Below are positions 13,504-27,877 of a stretch of DNA of 64,000 nucleotides, one piece after another. Positions within the stretch are counted from its first letter, which is position 1; every line of letters starts with the position of its first letter. Under the pieces are notes generated by a model. It had not been told where the DNA came from. It saw only the letters and a program-made list of their open reading frames with translations, and ran no database searches. Both the position numbers and the translations under genes were made by a program. The stretch lies in contig CM022679.1 of assembly GCA_012295275.1 (NCBI GenBank), forward strand, positions 14,074,001 through 14,138,000, written 5' to 3'. This DNA comes from Chrysomallon squamiferum (lineage: Eukaryota > Animalia > Mollusca).

Positions 13504-15065
13504 AACACCCATCAACAAACCAATCTAATTAGGCCAGTTTTAGCTGCTACACACATTCACTACCGGGCTTTGCCAGCTTCGGCCTCCTTCCTTGCTACAG
13601 TGGTCAGAATATCATTATTGGGTTACAGACTGGTTACCAAGGAACTGGCATCACGATGATGTCTGCCATATGTCATGAGACCTCGGCCAGCGGGAATGGT
13701 AACCAGGGATGGGTGTTGAAGTATCAGAGTCAGTGGTGATGGGGAATGTGGAGTCAGGTTCAGCTGTGAAGTGGTTAAGCCACCGGCATTACGGTTTAGA
13801 AGTATCTTGGATTGCAAACTTGGCTCCGGTTCCTGATAGGTGTTAGAGTATTATGTGATTTGTCTAATTCACTAACACAGTGGGTCTGAATTAGACTAAT
13901 ATGAGGCCACAAGTTCTCTGAAATTCTCTAAGTAGAGAACTTTTAAGTAGCCTAACCTGAATATTGGAGATCTAATGTAACTCTAACAGTGTCTTAACTG
14001 GACTGATCTGAATCTAACTTTCTAACACACTAACACAACACTGTGTTTAACATACTAACAATGTAATAGTCTTGACAAATCTACCCAGCTTCAAGAGCTG
14101 TGATTTTGTAACTTATTAACCCTATATTGGACAGATCTCCTAAGAGCAAAAATAATAATTCTCTAGCACAAAAACATCAACAGTGAGTGAAGCAGACTGC
14201 CTAAGAAAGAAATGAAATAAAAATGATTAATAAAACTATCATGCATTAACTGACTTCAAAAATAGATGACAAAATAAAAACTAAACTAAGAAATAAATAT
14301 AATTAATTAAACAAAATAAATAAACAAACAAACAAATAAAGAAAAATTAAGTAAAATCATAAAAAAACTAAATGTCTAAATTGTTGTATATTAAAATTTC
14401 ACGGAAATTAAGGAATTCTAAGTCCAGTATCTATTTGCTGACTAATCAAGATACGTTTGTTTTAGTGTGTTAAAAATAAAAGTATAGACAACAAAAAATA
14501 AGGTATTTACTATAACATTTTGAATTTAATTTTTTTTTAAAAAGCGCCTTTGGATTACTTTCTCTTTACAACTGGCAAGTTAAATATATTTTACTGGGAC
14601 ATCATCATTTGTTGTTCATTACAGAGTATACAAAGAATTTCTGGAAAAAAATTTGTTGAAAATTCCACAGTTAAAATACGAGTTTATCTTTCTCTAAGAC
14701 AGTTCAGCTAATGACCAATTTCATCTTCATGGATTTATGCCTTTGAGTATGTTAAATTTAATAATGTTATGTATACATTGAGAGGGAAGATTTTTTTCTT
14801 CATTCTTTTTCAAAAATTGAATGCTGCATCTTTGGTTATATTCTCAGAAATGTTGATATGATTTAAGAAAGTGGAAGTACAATAATTTCAAGATAAATGT
14901 TTCCAAGTTTCTAAAATAATATATGTGTTATGATTTAATAAAAAAAATAAATAAAAAAAGTCTTCTATGAAGCTGAATTAATGTAAATAATGTATTTTTT
15001 AATGATATATTTATTAAATCATAGTTCTATAGAAAATCATCAATAGTTAAAGACCCCAAAGATAA

Positions 15066-15175
15066 GAAAGGAAACACTGCCACACAATGAGTTATTCTTT
15101 TCAATTAGCAGTAAAGTTTCTTTTATTTGGACCAACCCACATACAGGACTGTACACACCACAGATCTTTTACAAA
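15066..15175 (-). mobile_element. SINE body fragment
   Basis: aaaggaaacactgccacacaatgagttattcttttcaattagcagtaaag...cccacatacaggactgtacacaccacag is similar to 47520-47610 and reverse-complementary to the 21.6/37.0/42.1 kb copies. Confidence 0.55.
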
Positions 15176-15440
15176 AACCAACACCACTAACATGACAGTA
15201 CAGTCCACACAGGCTTTGTATTACACTAACCATAAACAAATAGCTGACATAACCATGCAGCCGATACACTATATAAAAAGTCAGTGTTGGTCTAGTGAAG
15301 AACTGATTTCAAAGAAACCAGTATTAAATTACCAGCCTGTTTACTGGTCAGTAGCCTTGCTGAATGATCTGGTTTAAGGATAATCTCTACCATTTCTCTG
15401 TAGTTAACAGCTTCTTTCACCTCTGATATATTGAAGTTTT

Positions 15441-15472
<32 letters not shown>

Positions 15473-15921
15473 CTCTCTCTCAGCCCAAGACTTGCAGTTT
15501 GGTGTTTTGGCAGGTACTAAAGAGATACAAGATAAAGAGATAAAAACAAACAACAAAAAAAAAAAATTATTCATGTGAACATTCCTGGTATGTGTCTGGT
15601 TGCAAAATACCTGACTGTTTATAACATTAAAAATAAACAAGAGGTAGAAATTAGATATTAATTTATGGTTGTTAAAATAAACCCCCGTGGGTTAATTAAT
15701 GGTTATTTTACTAACGAGATGATATATAAATCATACAGATTTTGAGATTAAACTGAAATGAAAATAATATTAAGTAGAAAATAAAATAAAATAAATGATA
15801 AAATAAATAAATATTTAGAATGCAGGTAGAGTGTATATGTTTATAATGTTTAAAGGCAACTTTTAGATCATTTAAATACAGTTTCAAAATAATTTAAAAA
15901 TGAATACATGGGCATGTGTGT

Positions 15922-15956
<35 letters not shown>

Positions 15957-17509
15957 ACAAGTATACTGTATTGATTTTTTCTTTGTTTTTAATTATTATT
16001 CATCCCTAAAATAACCACAACTGGGCCCCCCGTCACTGAGAGTTATTTGCAAGCTGCTACTTGTGGTCTGTATTTGACCCTGGCAACCTCTGCGACCCCC
16101 AATGTTTGACCTCTGCCATCAACAAATGTAACCAATGTTAGTCACTGTCCCTGTTGAAGTCTCAAGCCGAGGGAATTGTATCTTGATAACTGATTGGTCA
16201 ATCTGATTTAGTGCCAGAGCCCAGCAGACACTGGTAATAAAAGACCCAGATAATTATCTTCTCCAGGCTTGGCTGTTTCTTGGCATCCTCCTTCCTTCTC
16301 TGTTGTTTTAAAAATATCTATAGCAGGGGCACAGATAAGTCTTTTGCCAGCAAACATTCCACTTGAGAAAATGATAAACAATCTGGTATTATATCCACAA
16401 GCAGCATGATAGTATTTACTTGTTCATCAGCTATTATGGACATCTGCTTCTGCAGGTTTCAGCAATCTAATTTAGCTCTGTGGAAGGAGAATGGCCTCAG
16501 GGGAGAACACTTCTACACTGACTGAGTTAGTTTGCTATAAATAAAATCGTTGTGTGGATTTCATCATTTAATAATTCAATTACTTTTGTTCGCCCCATTT
16601 TTCTTTTCAGTTTTTATGATATCGATGGTCAAAGTGAAGAGGAAGATGTTTTATTACAGATTTTTTTTTTTTTTTTTTTATATGGTTATTTTATATTATA
16701 TGTTTGGGTTTTTAATAAAAGTATGTATATTATATTATTGTCAGTGGTAATGATATTATTCTTGAAATTAGATAAACTGATTTATAAAATATCAGAACAA
16801 AAAAATAAATAAATAAAAGCCAAAAAAACAACAATATAATTTAAGAATATCTTTTTTAATTATTTGATTTATTATAGTATTTATCTTCTCATCCAACCCT
16901 TCTGTTTAATCATGTTACTGTTTATCATTCATTCAGTCCTTTAATCATCCTTCCATTCTTTCATCAATCATCTATCCTCCTTTATCTTTTCTTTCTTCTT
17001 TTCATTAAATTTCTCCATTTCTTTCTTTCTTCATCACTTTATCAACATTACCAATTCTCTTTCACTCATTACAACCATTTAAATCTTGTTTAACTGAATT
17101 AACATAATTAAATAACAGAAATAAACGCGAAATCATCCTTCAGTTAAAATTGTTTTCATTCCAAATCACCACATTGTTGTGCCAGTAACACCAAGTCTTG
17201 TGTAGAGTGTTTGTAACGAGCCAGCTCTTCTTCAGGGAGTGAAGAATGTGGAAATCTGGTGTACTGGTGTAATCAAATAGTGATCACCATGGCCTGTGTG
17301 CAAGGATTGGTCACAGAACAAATTGATATTGTTGTTTTCCAGACAGAACTAATGAGGCTTGGCAGTTCTCAATGCTAGCGGCTCAGTCATTGTCAACATA
17401 TTTACCATCTTCCAGTTAACAGCCATTCCAAACCCTCTGCGCTGCTGCTGTTATTGTCCAATAAATAAAACTCAGTCAATGTATGCGAGGATTTCCTAGA
17501 TGAAGATGC

Positions 17510-17960
17510 TGCACGTGTTTCATTAATGGTGGTTAGATGGGTAAATGGTTTATAGATGATAAGACTTTTCCTAAGTAGAGAATAAAGTCGCTGTACCACC
17601 AAATGTTTGAAATGTTGTACGTGTTTCGTTAATGGTGGTTAGACAGGGTAAATGTTTTATGGGTAAATGTGTTAATAGATGAAAAAAACTTTTCCCGTGT
17701 TTAAAAATTGAATCAGTATAAAGTAAATACAATAAGAGATGAAAATAACATTCTGTAATACTGCATATTGATGAAAATTGTTATAGGTGTTTCATTAACG
17801 GTGGTTATTTAAATGGGTACATTTTCAACAGATGAAAATAATTTCCCATAAAACTGAGTAAGTGTATACCAAGGTTTGATAGATGCAAATGTATAAAGTA
17901 TTTGATTAATAATGTTCGGTGGACAGTAAATATTTAATATATTAAAATAATGTTCTATAA
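17510..17960. repeat. Degenerate tandem repeat, ~110-170 bp unit
   Basis: gtgtttcattaatggtggttagatgggtaaatg recurs at ~17515, ~17621 and ~17787, and more decayed at ~17905. Confidence 0.7.
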
Positions 17961-18879
17961 AATTCAGTCACTGTGGCAAAGCCCTGATAAATGAAAATGT
18001 TTCTATGATTACATTTATCATCTTATACTAGTTAACAGCAAGTATTACCTTTATTCTTTTGTTTTTGATGATAAAAACTTTAGTCAGCTAAAAGCTGATA
18101 AATGAAATTGTTGTTATGATTTGACAAAAAGTTTGGAGGTTAACAAATGATGCAAGAAACTGATAAATGTTTGATGGACAAAAAATGATGCAAGAAATTT
18201 ATAAATGTTTTGATACATCAAAAGTGTTGAAAACATTTGGCAAATGTTCAGTTGATTAAAATTGCATTCTCTGCTATCCCATAAAGTACAGTACTCTAGG
18301 ATAAAGTTGATACAAAATAATGTAAGCATCCATCCATGCATCCACCTATCCATCCATTCATCCATCATGGACATCCATCTGTCAATCCACCTACCAATCA
18401 GTTATTCAGTCATTCTTTCTATCTGTCCATCTCTCCAGCTATCTATCCATCTATACCTATCAAAATGTACACGGAATCATCAATATTAATCACAATGTAA
18501 TGAGCTGTCACATCTGAAAAGTCTGTTTATTTATGAAGAAGATTATTTCATCATTTAAACAAAGCCTATTTTGACTTGTCACTTTTGTAATAAAATTCAC
18601 TAAATTATCTCATACCATAAAGATAAAACAATGGAAATAAGAATTATTTATTTGCTGTTGAAAAACAATATATATATATATGGTTTTATATATGTGTGTT
18701 ATATATATATATATATAACATAAACTGTGGTAAATAAATAATTCCTAATTAACTATTATTACTTAAAACTTTTTATTTATGTGATTATCTAAATGTGTGC
18801 ATCATACAGGTTAATCAAATGTTTAACTCACTCAACCATTTAATCCAGATTTATTTATTGTTGACTGACAGGTCATAAT

Positions 18880-19050
18880 ATGAATTACAAAAATAACAAC
18901 ACAAACTCTATGAATAATAATCCAAACTTTATAAACAGTAACAAAAAACTCTACAAATAATATAACACAAACTCCACAGAGTAACACAAATTATACAAAT
19001 AATAACACAAACTGCATGAATAATAACACAAAAATCACGAATAATAACTT
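18880..19050. repeat. Minisatellite, ~22 bp unit (aataataacacaaactctac)
   Basis: About 7 degenerate copies are visible. Confidence 0.7.
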
Positions 19051-19637
19051 GAGATTCATGCCCTTCCTTTTGGAAGTTACTTGTATTTCAATCTATCAAT
19101 ATGTTTATTAACCATAAATAATCCATTGCTGGTTTCTCTCAGCCTGTCTGACATTTGTCATACATTCCATCAATTACCTCTGAGGTTCTGTAAAGGTATT
19201 GAAAAATATTAATTTTCCCTTTTCAACGATCTGCAAAGCAGTAAATTGCTACTTAATAAATACTTGAATCGTTAATCCAACCCGGTCGGGGCCTCGCGAA
19301 CGGCTAAGATTTTTGCAAACGAGCTTTGTGTAAACTTTTCACCTGTGAAGATACCTGTGTGGATAAATGTATTACAGCGCTGCTGTGATTGTTGAGCAAG
19401 CCACTGTGAATGGCCTTTCGGCTTTGTGGATGAATACTGCAGTCATAAAGTATGATGCCTTCCAATGATGTGTTGTAATAGCTTGCTTTTATCAATTTTT
19501 ACACAACAACTATGCCTTTATTGCCTTTTTTTGCCCCCCCCAACTCACTCTTTCTTACTCAGTTAATCTCTCTCTCTCTTTTTCTCTTTTTCTGCATGCA
19601 TATTTCATGTTTTCTCTTTCTCTCTCTCTCTCAATTT

Positions 19638-19670
19638 GTGTGTGTATATGTGTATATATGTATACATGCA

Positions 19671-19724
<54 letters not shown>

Positions 19725-19949
19725 ATATATATGTATGTGGTCATATATATATAAGTTTTTATGTGTATGTATATATATATTTATTTATGTAGGTTTGTAT
19801 GTGTATATATGTATATCAATGTATATGCTTGTATGTGTATGTATATATATATATATGTATATAGGTTTGTATGTGTATATGTATATATATATATATATGT
19901 ATATTTGTACTTCTATATGTGTATATCTGTGTCAGTCTGTATATTTGTA

Positions 19950-20005
<56 letters not shown>

Positions 20006-20010
20006 GGTAC
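19638..20010. repeat. Compound (TG)n/(TA)n microsatellite
   Basis: Read directly. It explains the overlapping VCVC/YIYI ORFs. Confidence 0.95.
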
Positions 20011-20634
20011 ATATGTACTTGTACTGCTATTTCAATATTTCACATTTAATTAAACCCAGACTCTCTTGTACAGATCATAATGATATTCATATTTATTGAA
20101 AAAAAGTAAAAAAAGAAATAGAACTATTGCAGAAAGAAATAGAAATTTCAAAGGATTTATTTGGTTATTTTATTGTTGTGCATTAATATATCATCATGGT
20201 TTTAAAATATTCATGGGTAAATTTCCATAAATCTAACAATGTTGAAATTATTACCTTTTAATGTTATTTATGTTCATATTATTTTGAAATTATATTTGTA
20301 TAACAAAGCTCAATAAAGTGAAATAAATTCTAGCATTAAGAATTTAATGAGTTGTTGGAAATTTCACTGTCTTCTGAAGAAAGGGAAATCAAGGTTTTTT
20401 CTTCTTTGCATCTTATTTGAAAAGTGGTCATAAAAGAGGGTTATGAGTCACTTAATATATGTATATAGATTTAGATATAGATATATATGTGTGTGTGTAT
20501 TGGTATATATAGAAATGTGTGAGTATGTTTTGTATGTGTGTGTGTGTGTGTGAGTTAGGCTGAACAATGATGGGCTGAAGTATGAAAGATCACAGAAGTT
20601 ATTTTCACAGTGTTTAAGGGACAATAGAAACTTT

Positions 20635-21026
20635 CATTTCCCTGTCTGTCACTGTCTCTCTCTATATATCTTTGTCTTTATCTGTCTTTCTGTCTTCATC
20701 TCTTTCCCTGACTCCATTTGTTTCTTCTCTCTCTCTCTCTCTTTTTCTCTCTCACTGTCCCTGTTTATGTCTCTCTTCAGCTCCTCCTGTTTCTTTCTCT
20801 TTCTTCATCTTTGTCTCTGTGTCTGTCTTTGTATTTGTTTCTCAAACTTTGTGTCTCTTTGTCTCTTTCATTTTGCTTCTCCCACTCCCCTCTTGTCTCT
20901 TCTTTTGTCTCTCTCTGTGTGCCTCTCATTTGTCTTCTGTTTCTGTCGCTCTCTCTCTCTGACTGTCATTCTCAATCTGTCCATGTATATCTTTGTCTCT
21001 CTCTCCTTCCCTCCCTCCTTCTGTCT

Positions 21027-21103
<77 letters not shown>

Positions 21104-21120
21104 CCCTCTCTCTCATTCTT
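20635..21120. repeat. Pyrimidine-rich (CT)n tract ending in a pure (CT) run at ~21030-21100
   Basis: Read directly. It explains the LSLS/ERER ORFs. Confidence 0.95.
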
Positions 21121-21615
21121 TATTCTTGCCTGTTGCAACCAACCATCGTTAGACTGTGCCTGACTTATTTTTCTTGTGGTAAAAGTGATTACATTTCATT
21201 CTACTCTGATATTTTTAGAATTCATAGATGATTTCATCTGCTTGCCAGATAGATAATCATTTCTGAAGACGGCAGTGAGTTTTGTTACTACTGGGAGATA
21301 TCTGCCATATTCTCCAGGGGCCCAGTGTATATAATATTATCGTTTCTATCAATAATGTAATATAGTCCACTGCAGGTTATTTCACCTCAGCTTTCTGTTC
21401 TGTTGAGTGATGGGCAAACAAACTTTAATATAAAATTTAGGAGAAAAAAAATGACAGAAATGTCAATGTTATTTATCTGTGAAAAAAAAAATGTTGAGAA
21501 GTAACCTGTTTTAGCTCTATGGTTGGAGGAGTTGTATAAGACACAATAAATAACAGGATCAATTCTGGAATATTTTCCCATTCCAGACAGATCTAATAAC
21601 AAATTCATCAAATAC

Positions 21616-21690
21616 AATTGTATATGCTTTCCTGCCTATGGGAAGGTTGATAAATAAAAATATCTTTCAGCTAATCAGTAAAATAAAATT
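21616..21690 (+). mobile_element. SINE body fragment
   Basis: tgctttcctgcctatgggaaggttgataaataaaaatatctttcagctaatcag aligns by eye with 37001-37060. Confidence 0.5.
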
Positions 21691-22879
21691 ATTCAATCAT
21701 TTAATTCTTTTTATTTTAATTTCTTTTTCTTCCACACATTTCTACAAGTTGTTCTCTCTCTCTTTTCCTTATTCATCTGCTTCAGGCCTGTTTATTTGAT
21801 TGAAATAATTTTGTGTGCTGTGAGGGAAGCCATTTTTCTATTTTGTGAAACCTGCTTGATCTGTTAATGTTTAAAGCTCTTCACTTACAAAACACAGCAC
21901 AACACAAAAATTCAACAATTATTTAGATTATTGATTGAAGCACACAAACCAGGGATTTTTTAAAAAAAAAGGTTTTGCCACCAGGGACTGTGCTGATTTT
22001 GTTAGATTAGAATGATGATAACAGTGAGTGAATAAGTGAATGAATAGTTAATGATGAAAACAATATTTCTAATAATAGATGTATGCGACGAAGGTAAATA
22101 TATGAATGAATGATAATCAATATCTACGTTTGATTTTAAAATTACAATAAAATACATGATAAAAAGCTGCAAGAAAAATATCAGTGTTGAATGAATTAAT
22201 TAATTTTATAACAGATACATGCACATATACATCCCCATACATATCTATAATTATATTGGTGGATATGTATACAGATAGTTACAGAGACAGGTAGAAAGAA
22301 AAACAGATAGATATCTAGAGACATACAGTATTCATTTGGCCATTAATAATAGAAAATAATACTGATATTAGTATTATACATATATATAAAATGCATATCT
22401 TAGATATATGTGTGTGTGTGTGTGTGTGTTTCTGTGTGTATAAATATACATGTTTGTGCATGTAAAATGTATTGTTTATGCATGTTTTAAAAGAGGATTA
22501 ATATATTTTAATTTGATGCTGAGTTTGTCGTTACTATCTGTAATATGCTATCATTACACATGCATAACACTGGTAACAGCTGCAGTTCAACAAGATAATC
22601 AAATCCTAGCAGCAGTGAAAATAAATATTTCACTCTTGTTCTTCTCTCTATTAGTTGCTGTTGGGGTTTTAAAGATGTTCATAGGAAATCATTCTTGCTT
22701 TGTAGCACAAATCCAATATTTAATTATAAATAAATAGCATTTTTTTAATTCTTTTTTTAGTTAAGACACAACATAAACTTAATTCAATGATTTTTTTATT
22801 ATTGGCAGTATATGTGATAAATACACAATTTCTGCTCAAGAATGTACTTACACTATCAATATGTTTAAGTAAAAATGAA

Positions 22880-22918
<39 letters not shown>

Positions 22919-23484
22919 AACAAACACTGCATTATTATCCATTTTCAATAAAATATCATAGATTCTTTACTTATAAAGAGAGTTTTAATTGCACATAAAT
23001 ATTATTTGTAAATAAATTTAAAAAAAACCCCACCTATAACATTTAAAATTAAAAATGTCTATTTTGTTTTCAGTCTTTAATAAAGACATCACTAACTCAT
23101 TAACATTTACAGTCAAACATTACTGAAGTCAAGAGATTAAAAATGTCAGTTTTCGTGTAAATAATATTACAAAGTGATTTTTAATTCACTGTTATTTATA
23201 TATGCTTTCTACAAAGATATCAACAAAAACTTCTATAATATGGTGAAGTAATTTTAAATCTTTGTCACCTAAAACAATTGATTTCTGCCTTCAGTCTGAG
23301 ATGGACAATGGACTGGTATTCTGTAGATGACTGACATCAAATATTCAATACTGTATCTAAGCTATCTCATTTCCTTTTACTTATTAACTCCCTTATTGAT
23401 CCACTCTTCACCTATTAGAAAAGGTTTGCCCAGTGTTTTCCGGTTCTTGCACTGCTCTCGTACACAGGTCAGAGGTCATGAGTG

Positions 23485-24030
23485 ATAGAGTTATGTTAGA
23501 ATGGCATTTTAATTTAATACATTTTAAAAATGCCGTTGTTATATTATTTAAAGGCAGTTATATTAGAGGTTATGAAAGTTATGTTAAAATGGCATTTTTA
23601 TTTAATAAATTTTAAGAAATGGTATTCCTATATTTACAGATAGTAATGTTAAATGGCATTTTTGCTTAATACATTTTAAGAATGGTATTCCTGTATTTAA
23701 AGATAACTATATTAAATGGCATTTTTATTTAATAAATTTTAAGAATGGTATTCCCATATTCAAATATAGTTTTTTAGAGGTTAGAGGTCACTGAAGACTC
23801 TTATGTTAAAGAATATTTTCGTTTAATAAATTCGAAGAATTGCAATAATATATTTAAATATGGTTATGTTATAGGTTATAGAAGATATTTAATAACATTA
23901 TTAGAAGACAATATAATAGTAAATAGCATTTTAATTTATATATATGAAAACAGATAAATTTAGTGGCTTATTAATTTAATTATTAAAAGACAGCTTTATA
24001 GTAAGTAGCATTTTAATGCAATATAATTAT
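23485..24030. repeat. Degenerate minisatellite, ~60-65 bp unit (tgttaaatggcatttttatttaataaattttaagaatggtattcctatattta)
   Basis: Four to five clear copies at 23490-23850, then progressive decay. Confidence 0.8.
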
Positions 24031-25097
24031 CTGAAAAGTCATGTTTGATGATCTATTGACTGACACGTTAGTATTTTTGAAGACTGTTATATTAAGAGAC
24101 ATTTTAATTAAATATTTGTTAAATCAGTGGCATGTCTACTTGAAAAGGGTTTTATCTTAATTTTTATTTTCATTTGAAGACATTTTTATTATGCAGTTAA
24201 TTAAATGAAGTGCCATTTTGATATATTTTAATACTTGTATTAATTGGCATATTAATGTATTTGATGACATAGTAAGTTATGTTTAAATGTATCTTAAGGC
24301 TGTTTTTATCTATATCAACAGTATTTCACTTTAAGACAGTTATATTAGACAGCTTATTAATATATCTGGTTACATGTTAAGTGGCATTTAAGTATATATG
24401 TGAAGAGCATTATAATAAGTCTAATTTTAATATATTAGATGACAGTTATTATATATATATATATATATGTAATAACTTTAATATATTTTAAATTTAATAA
24501 TTAACTTATGATGATCAAAGCTTTTATATATTAAAATTAGACTTAATATTTTAATTGAGGACAGATAAAGTAAGTGACATTTTAGTATAATAATTTCTGA
24601 GGAATAGTTTTATATCAAGCTGCGTTCTAAATTGAATATATTTACACTTAGCTTAAGCAGAATCAAAATTTACTATATTTTATTAATCTGTACTGTCACA
24701 GGGACAGAATTCTTTGTTGAAATATCTTATTAGGAGTGTACAGTATTGTTAGTTTCATTTAATCTGATCACAAAACTGCATCTCTCTATCTCCCAATCTC
24801 TTAATCTCTTTCTCTTTCTTTCTCTCTCTATCTCTCTATGAATATGTTTCTCTGCGTTTCTCTCTCTTCGTCTTTATCTCAGTCTCTGTATATTTTTGTT
24901 TTGTGCCCATGACAGAATCTTGTTAAAATGAATCTACTCTAATACATTAATACATGTGTCCAACCCACATAAATAAATATACATGTATTTCATATATTCA
25001 TACAGCTTCAACATATCTGAATATAACCTAATGGTTTTATCAGAAATATAAATGGATATGTAATTTATTGAATTACAGTGGTTGTCAAAGTGTGTGT

Positions 25098-25132
<35 letters not shown>

Positions 25133-26370
25133 CCTTACTTGGCAAGGTGTTGGACATGTAAAATAAAAAAATAATAATAAAAAAAATATGCAATGATTAT
25201 TTATTGAAAAGTTATGAATAAAATGAATGAATGAATAAATAAAATGAATGAATAAATAAATAAATAAATAAATAATAATAATAAATAAATAAAATTTAAA
25301 ATTGTATAATGATAATTTTAAAATTTAGAAATATACTAAACATATATATATCTGCAGAAAATATGCTTTTCACAAAAGAAAAAATATATATTTCATGAGA
25401 TCCAAAATAAATAAATAAATAACAAAAGAAGAAGAAGAAGTTTAGAAATCATAAATTTTCAAAAACATTACTCCATATAATCTGGTTAAAAAAAATCATC
25501 TGTTTAAATAACATAATCAAACTCCCAGATCAGTTTAAATGACATGGAGAGAAATGGGCTATTTCAATGATCAGAGATAAAATAACAACTTCATTTTTCT
25601 TCTACCATTTTTTTTTTTTTCTTCTTTTTAATTCCTCCTGCGAGATGTGAGCACCAGAAGGAAGTTTTTGTGATCAGTATTAATAATTTGCAGCAGATGA
25701 TGTCTGCATTAATAACAGAATGGCAGTTTACAAAACATGACAGGTCTATGCATTTGCACTGTTAGCCAATCTGATGCTCTGAGAGAAAAGGAGGGGGACA
25801 AAAATAACACAAACTGTTTTAACACCTCAGGCTTTAGAAGAATCCATATTTTATTTTATTTTTTTTAATGTTGGCAGTGTGTTCAAAGACTGTGTTCAGA
25901 ATAAAAATAATAATAAAAAATTAGAAAAGAAGAAAAGAAAAATGAGAAATACTTTAAAAAAAAAATAAGACAAAAGAAGAAAAAGAAAGAAATAATTTGT
26001 ATGCAGACATATTCTTTTGTCATAAAATGAAATTTAAAAAAAAATGATGAAACAGCCGATGGAAATGAAATATAAAATGTCATCTGATTCATTTTTTTCA
26101 TTTTAGTTTTCTTTCATCTTGTAAATGAAAAAGAATGCTAAAGTTTGTATCTCCAATCTATTGCCAGTGTCACTTTTTTAATACAAATTCTGATTTCTTA
26201 TTTAAATTTGTCCTTTTGGATGAAAACAGAAATAGTCTGTATTTTGTATACTTCATGGCTGTAGCACATGTCCATTTTTTGATAATAATAAAGTGTGTCA
26301 ATAAAATCAAAGTTCATGGAGACTGACATCTTTACATTTCTTAAGAACTGGTTTTCTTCAAAGACATGCA

Positions 26371-26406
26371 ATAATAATAATAATAGTAATAATAATAATA
26401 ATAATA

Positions 26407-26465
<59 letters not shown>

Positions 26466-26466
26466 A
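26371..26466. repeat. (AAT)n followed by (GAT)n microsatellite
   Basis: Read directly. Confidence 0.95.
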
Positions 26467-27877
26467 AATAAAAACCTAACAGAAATAATAAATAATTATT
26501 GCAGTATCTATATCTTAGAATTTTATTTATATTTCTATTTAAGAATTTATCTCCCATAAAAAGGAAAAGCTTATTCTTTCTTTCATCCTTATGTTATTTT
26601 ATTATCAAACTTTATTTTTAACAAAGACTGGTTGTAACAATGAATACAACAAGTCTGAAGTAAACAAAATAATATTTAGGACATTTCTTTAGATATATAC
26701 CATCAAATTTATCATTTTAAAATAACCATTGTATTTATCTTAAAAAAAAAAATAATAATAATTAAATAAAGAAATAAAATTAAATAAAGAAATAACTGAA
26801 ATCTCTTTTTATATATATATATATTTTTTTTTTATTCCCTCTTGAGAAAGAAAATGTTATAAATAAATAATTTCAAATCCAGGATTTTTTTGTGAAATAT
26901 TGCTAAAACAATCGCAGTTGACAGAGACTTATGTAATGTTTTCTTATCAACTACTTTTATCTTGGGTGAGCCCATCTGCACAATTGATATAAATTGTGTA
27001 ATTCAAATAACAAATTCCCCTGACGTTTCTTACTCATTTGTCTTCAAAAAGTACACAGTGCACAGCAAATTTTTCTTTTTTTGTTCTTTTTATGCCTCGA
27101 CAAGAACGTTTGAGAATAACCATTGTTATATTTGGTTTTAACTGTTTCATTTATTTATTAGTTTGTTTTAATTATTCACGTATTTTCGTTATTAAAACAT
27201 ATTTCCTTTTTATTTGTTTGTTTGTGTGTTATTTATAGAAACATTTATTTATTTATACAATTACTTTAAAAAAATAAATGTTTTTTAATTCTTAAAACAA
27301 AATGTACTTTTTGTTGTTGTTTTCATGAAAAAATTCACCATTATGATTGTTAAAGAGTAGTTCTTGAAATCTTTGTTATATGATTATGAGTTTTTATTTT
27401 CCATCTTATTAAAAGTTATGTTTTCTCATTAAAATATATAGTATATTTAAAGTTTCCATTTAAAAAAAAAAAACATACCTTTAGATGTTGAAATATTTTA
27501 TCTTTGAAATTTCTTTAAACCTCTTTGTTTTGTTTTTAAAATGTAGAAATTTCAATTTAAATTTTTTTTTTTTTTTTTTTTTATTCTTCTGAAATCCATG
27601 TTTTATAATTAAGATAACATTTAAGGTTTCAATTTTGCATTATTATTATTAACAGTAGTAGTGGTTGTAGTAGTAGTAATAGCAGTAGTAATAGTAGTTG
27701 TTAAATTGTATATATATATATATATTTATTTCAGCCTTTTCAGAAAGAGAGGATCACACACTACAAGTTTTTCAAAATTACTTTTTAAAAAAGTGGGTGA
27801 TGTTATCTGCTGTTGCAATGTTTACAAAAACAAAATTTAAACAATGCAAATAATTTTGATTATTTTTGTCTTTGCAG

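Larger units (their letters stand above)
1..27877 (+). other. 3' part of the preceding ZMIZ1-like intron (>27.8 kb); the upstream coding exon lies outside the window
   Basis: By eye I found no exon encoding the expected upstream peptide (ELLDWCGDPRAF-like). The region ends in a clear polypyrimidine/CAG acceptor. Confidence 0.7.

Noticed and set aside
13623-13817. Nested minus-strand gene exon
   Set aside because: No recognisable peptide, no convincing splice signals and no partner exons.
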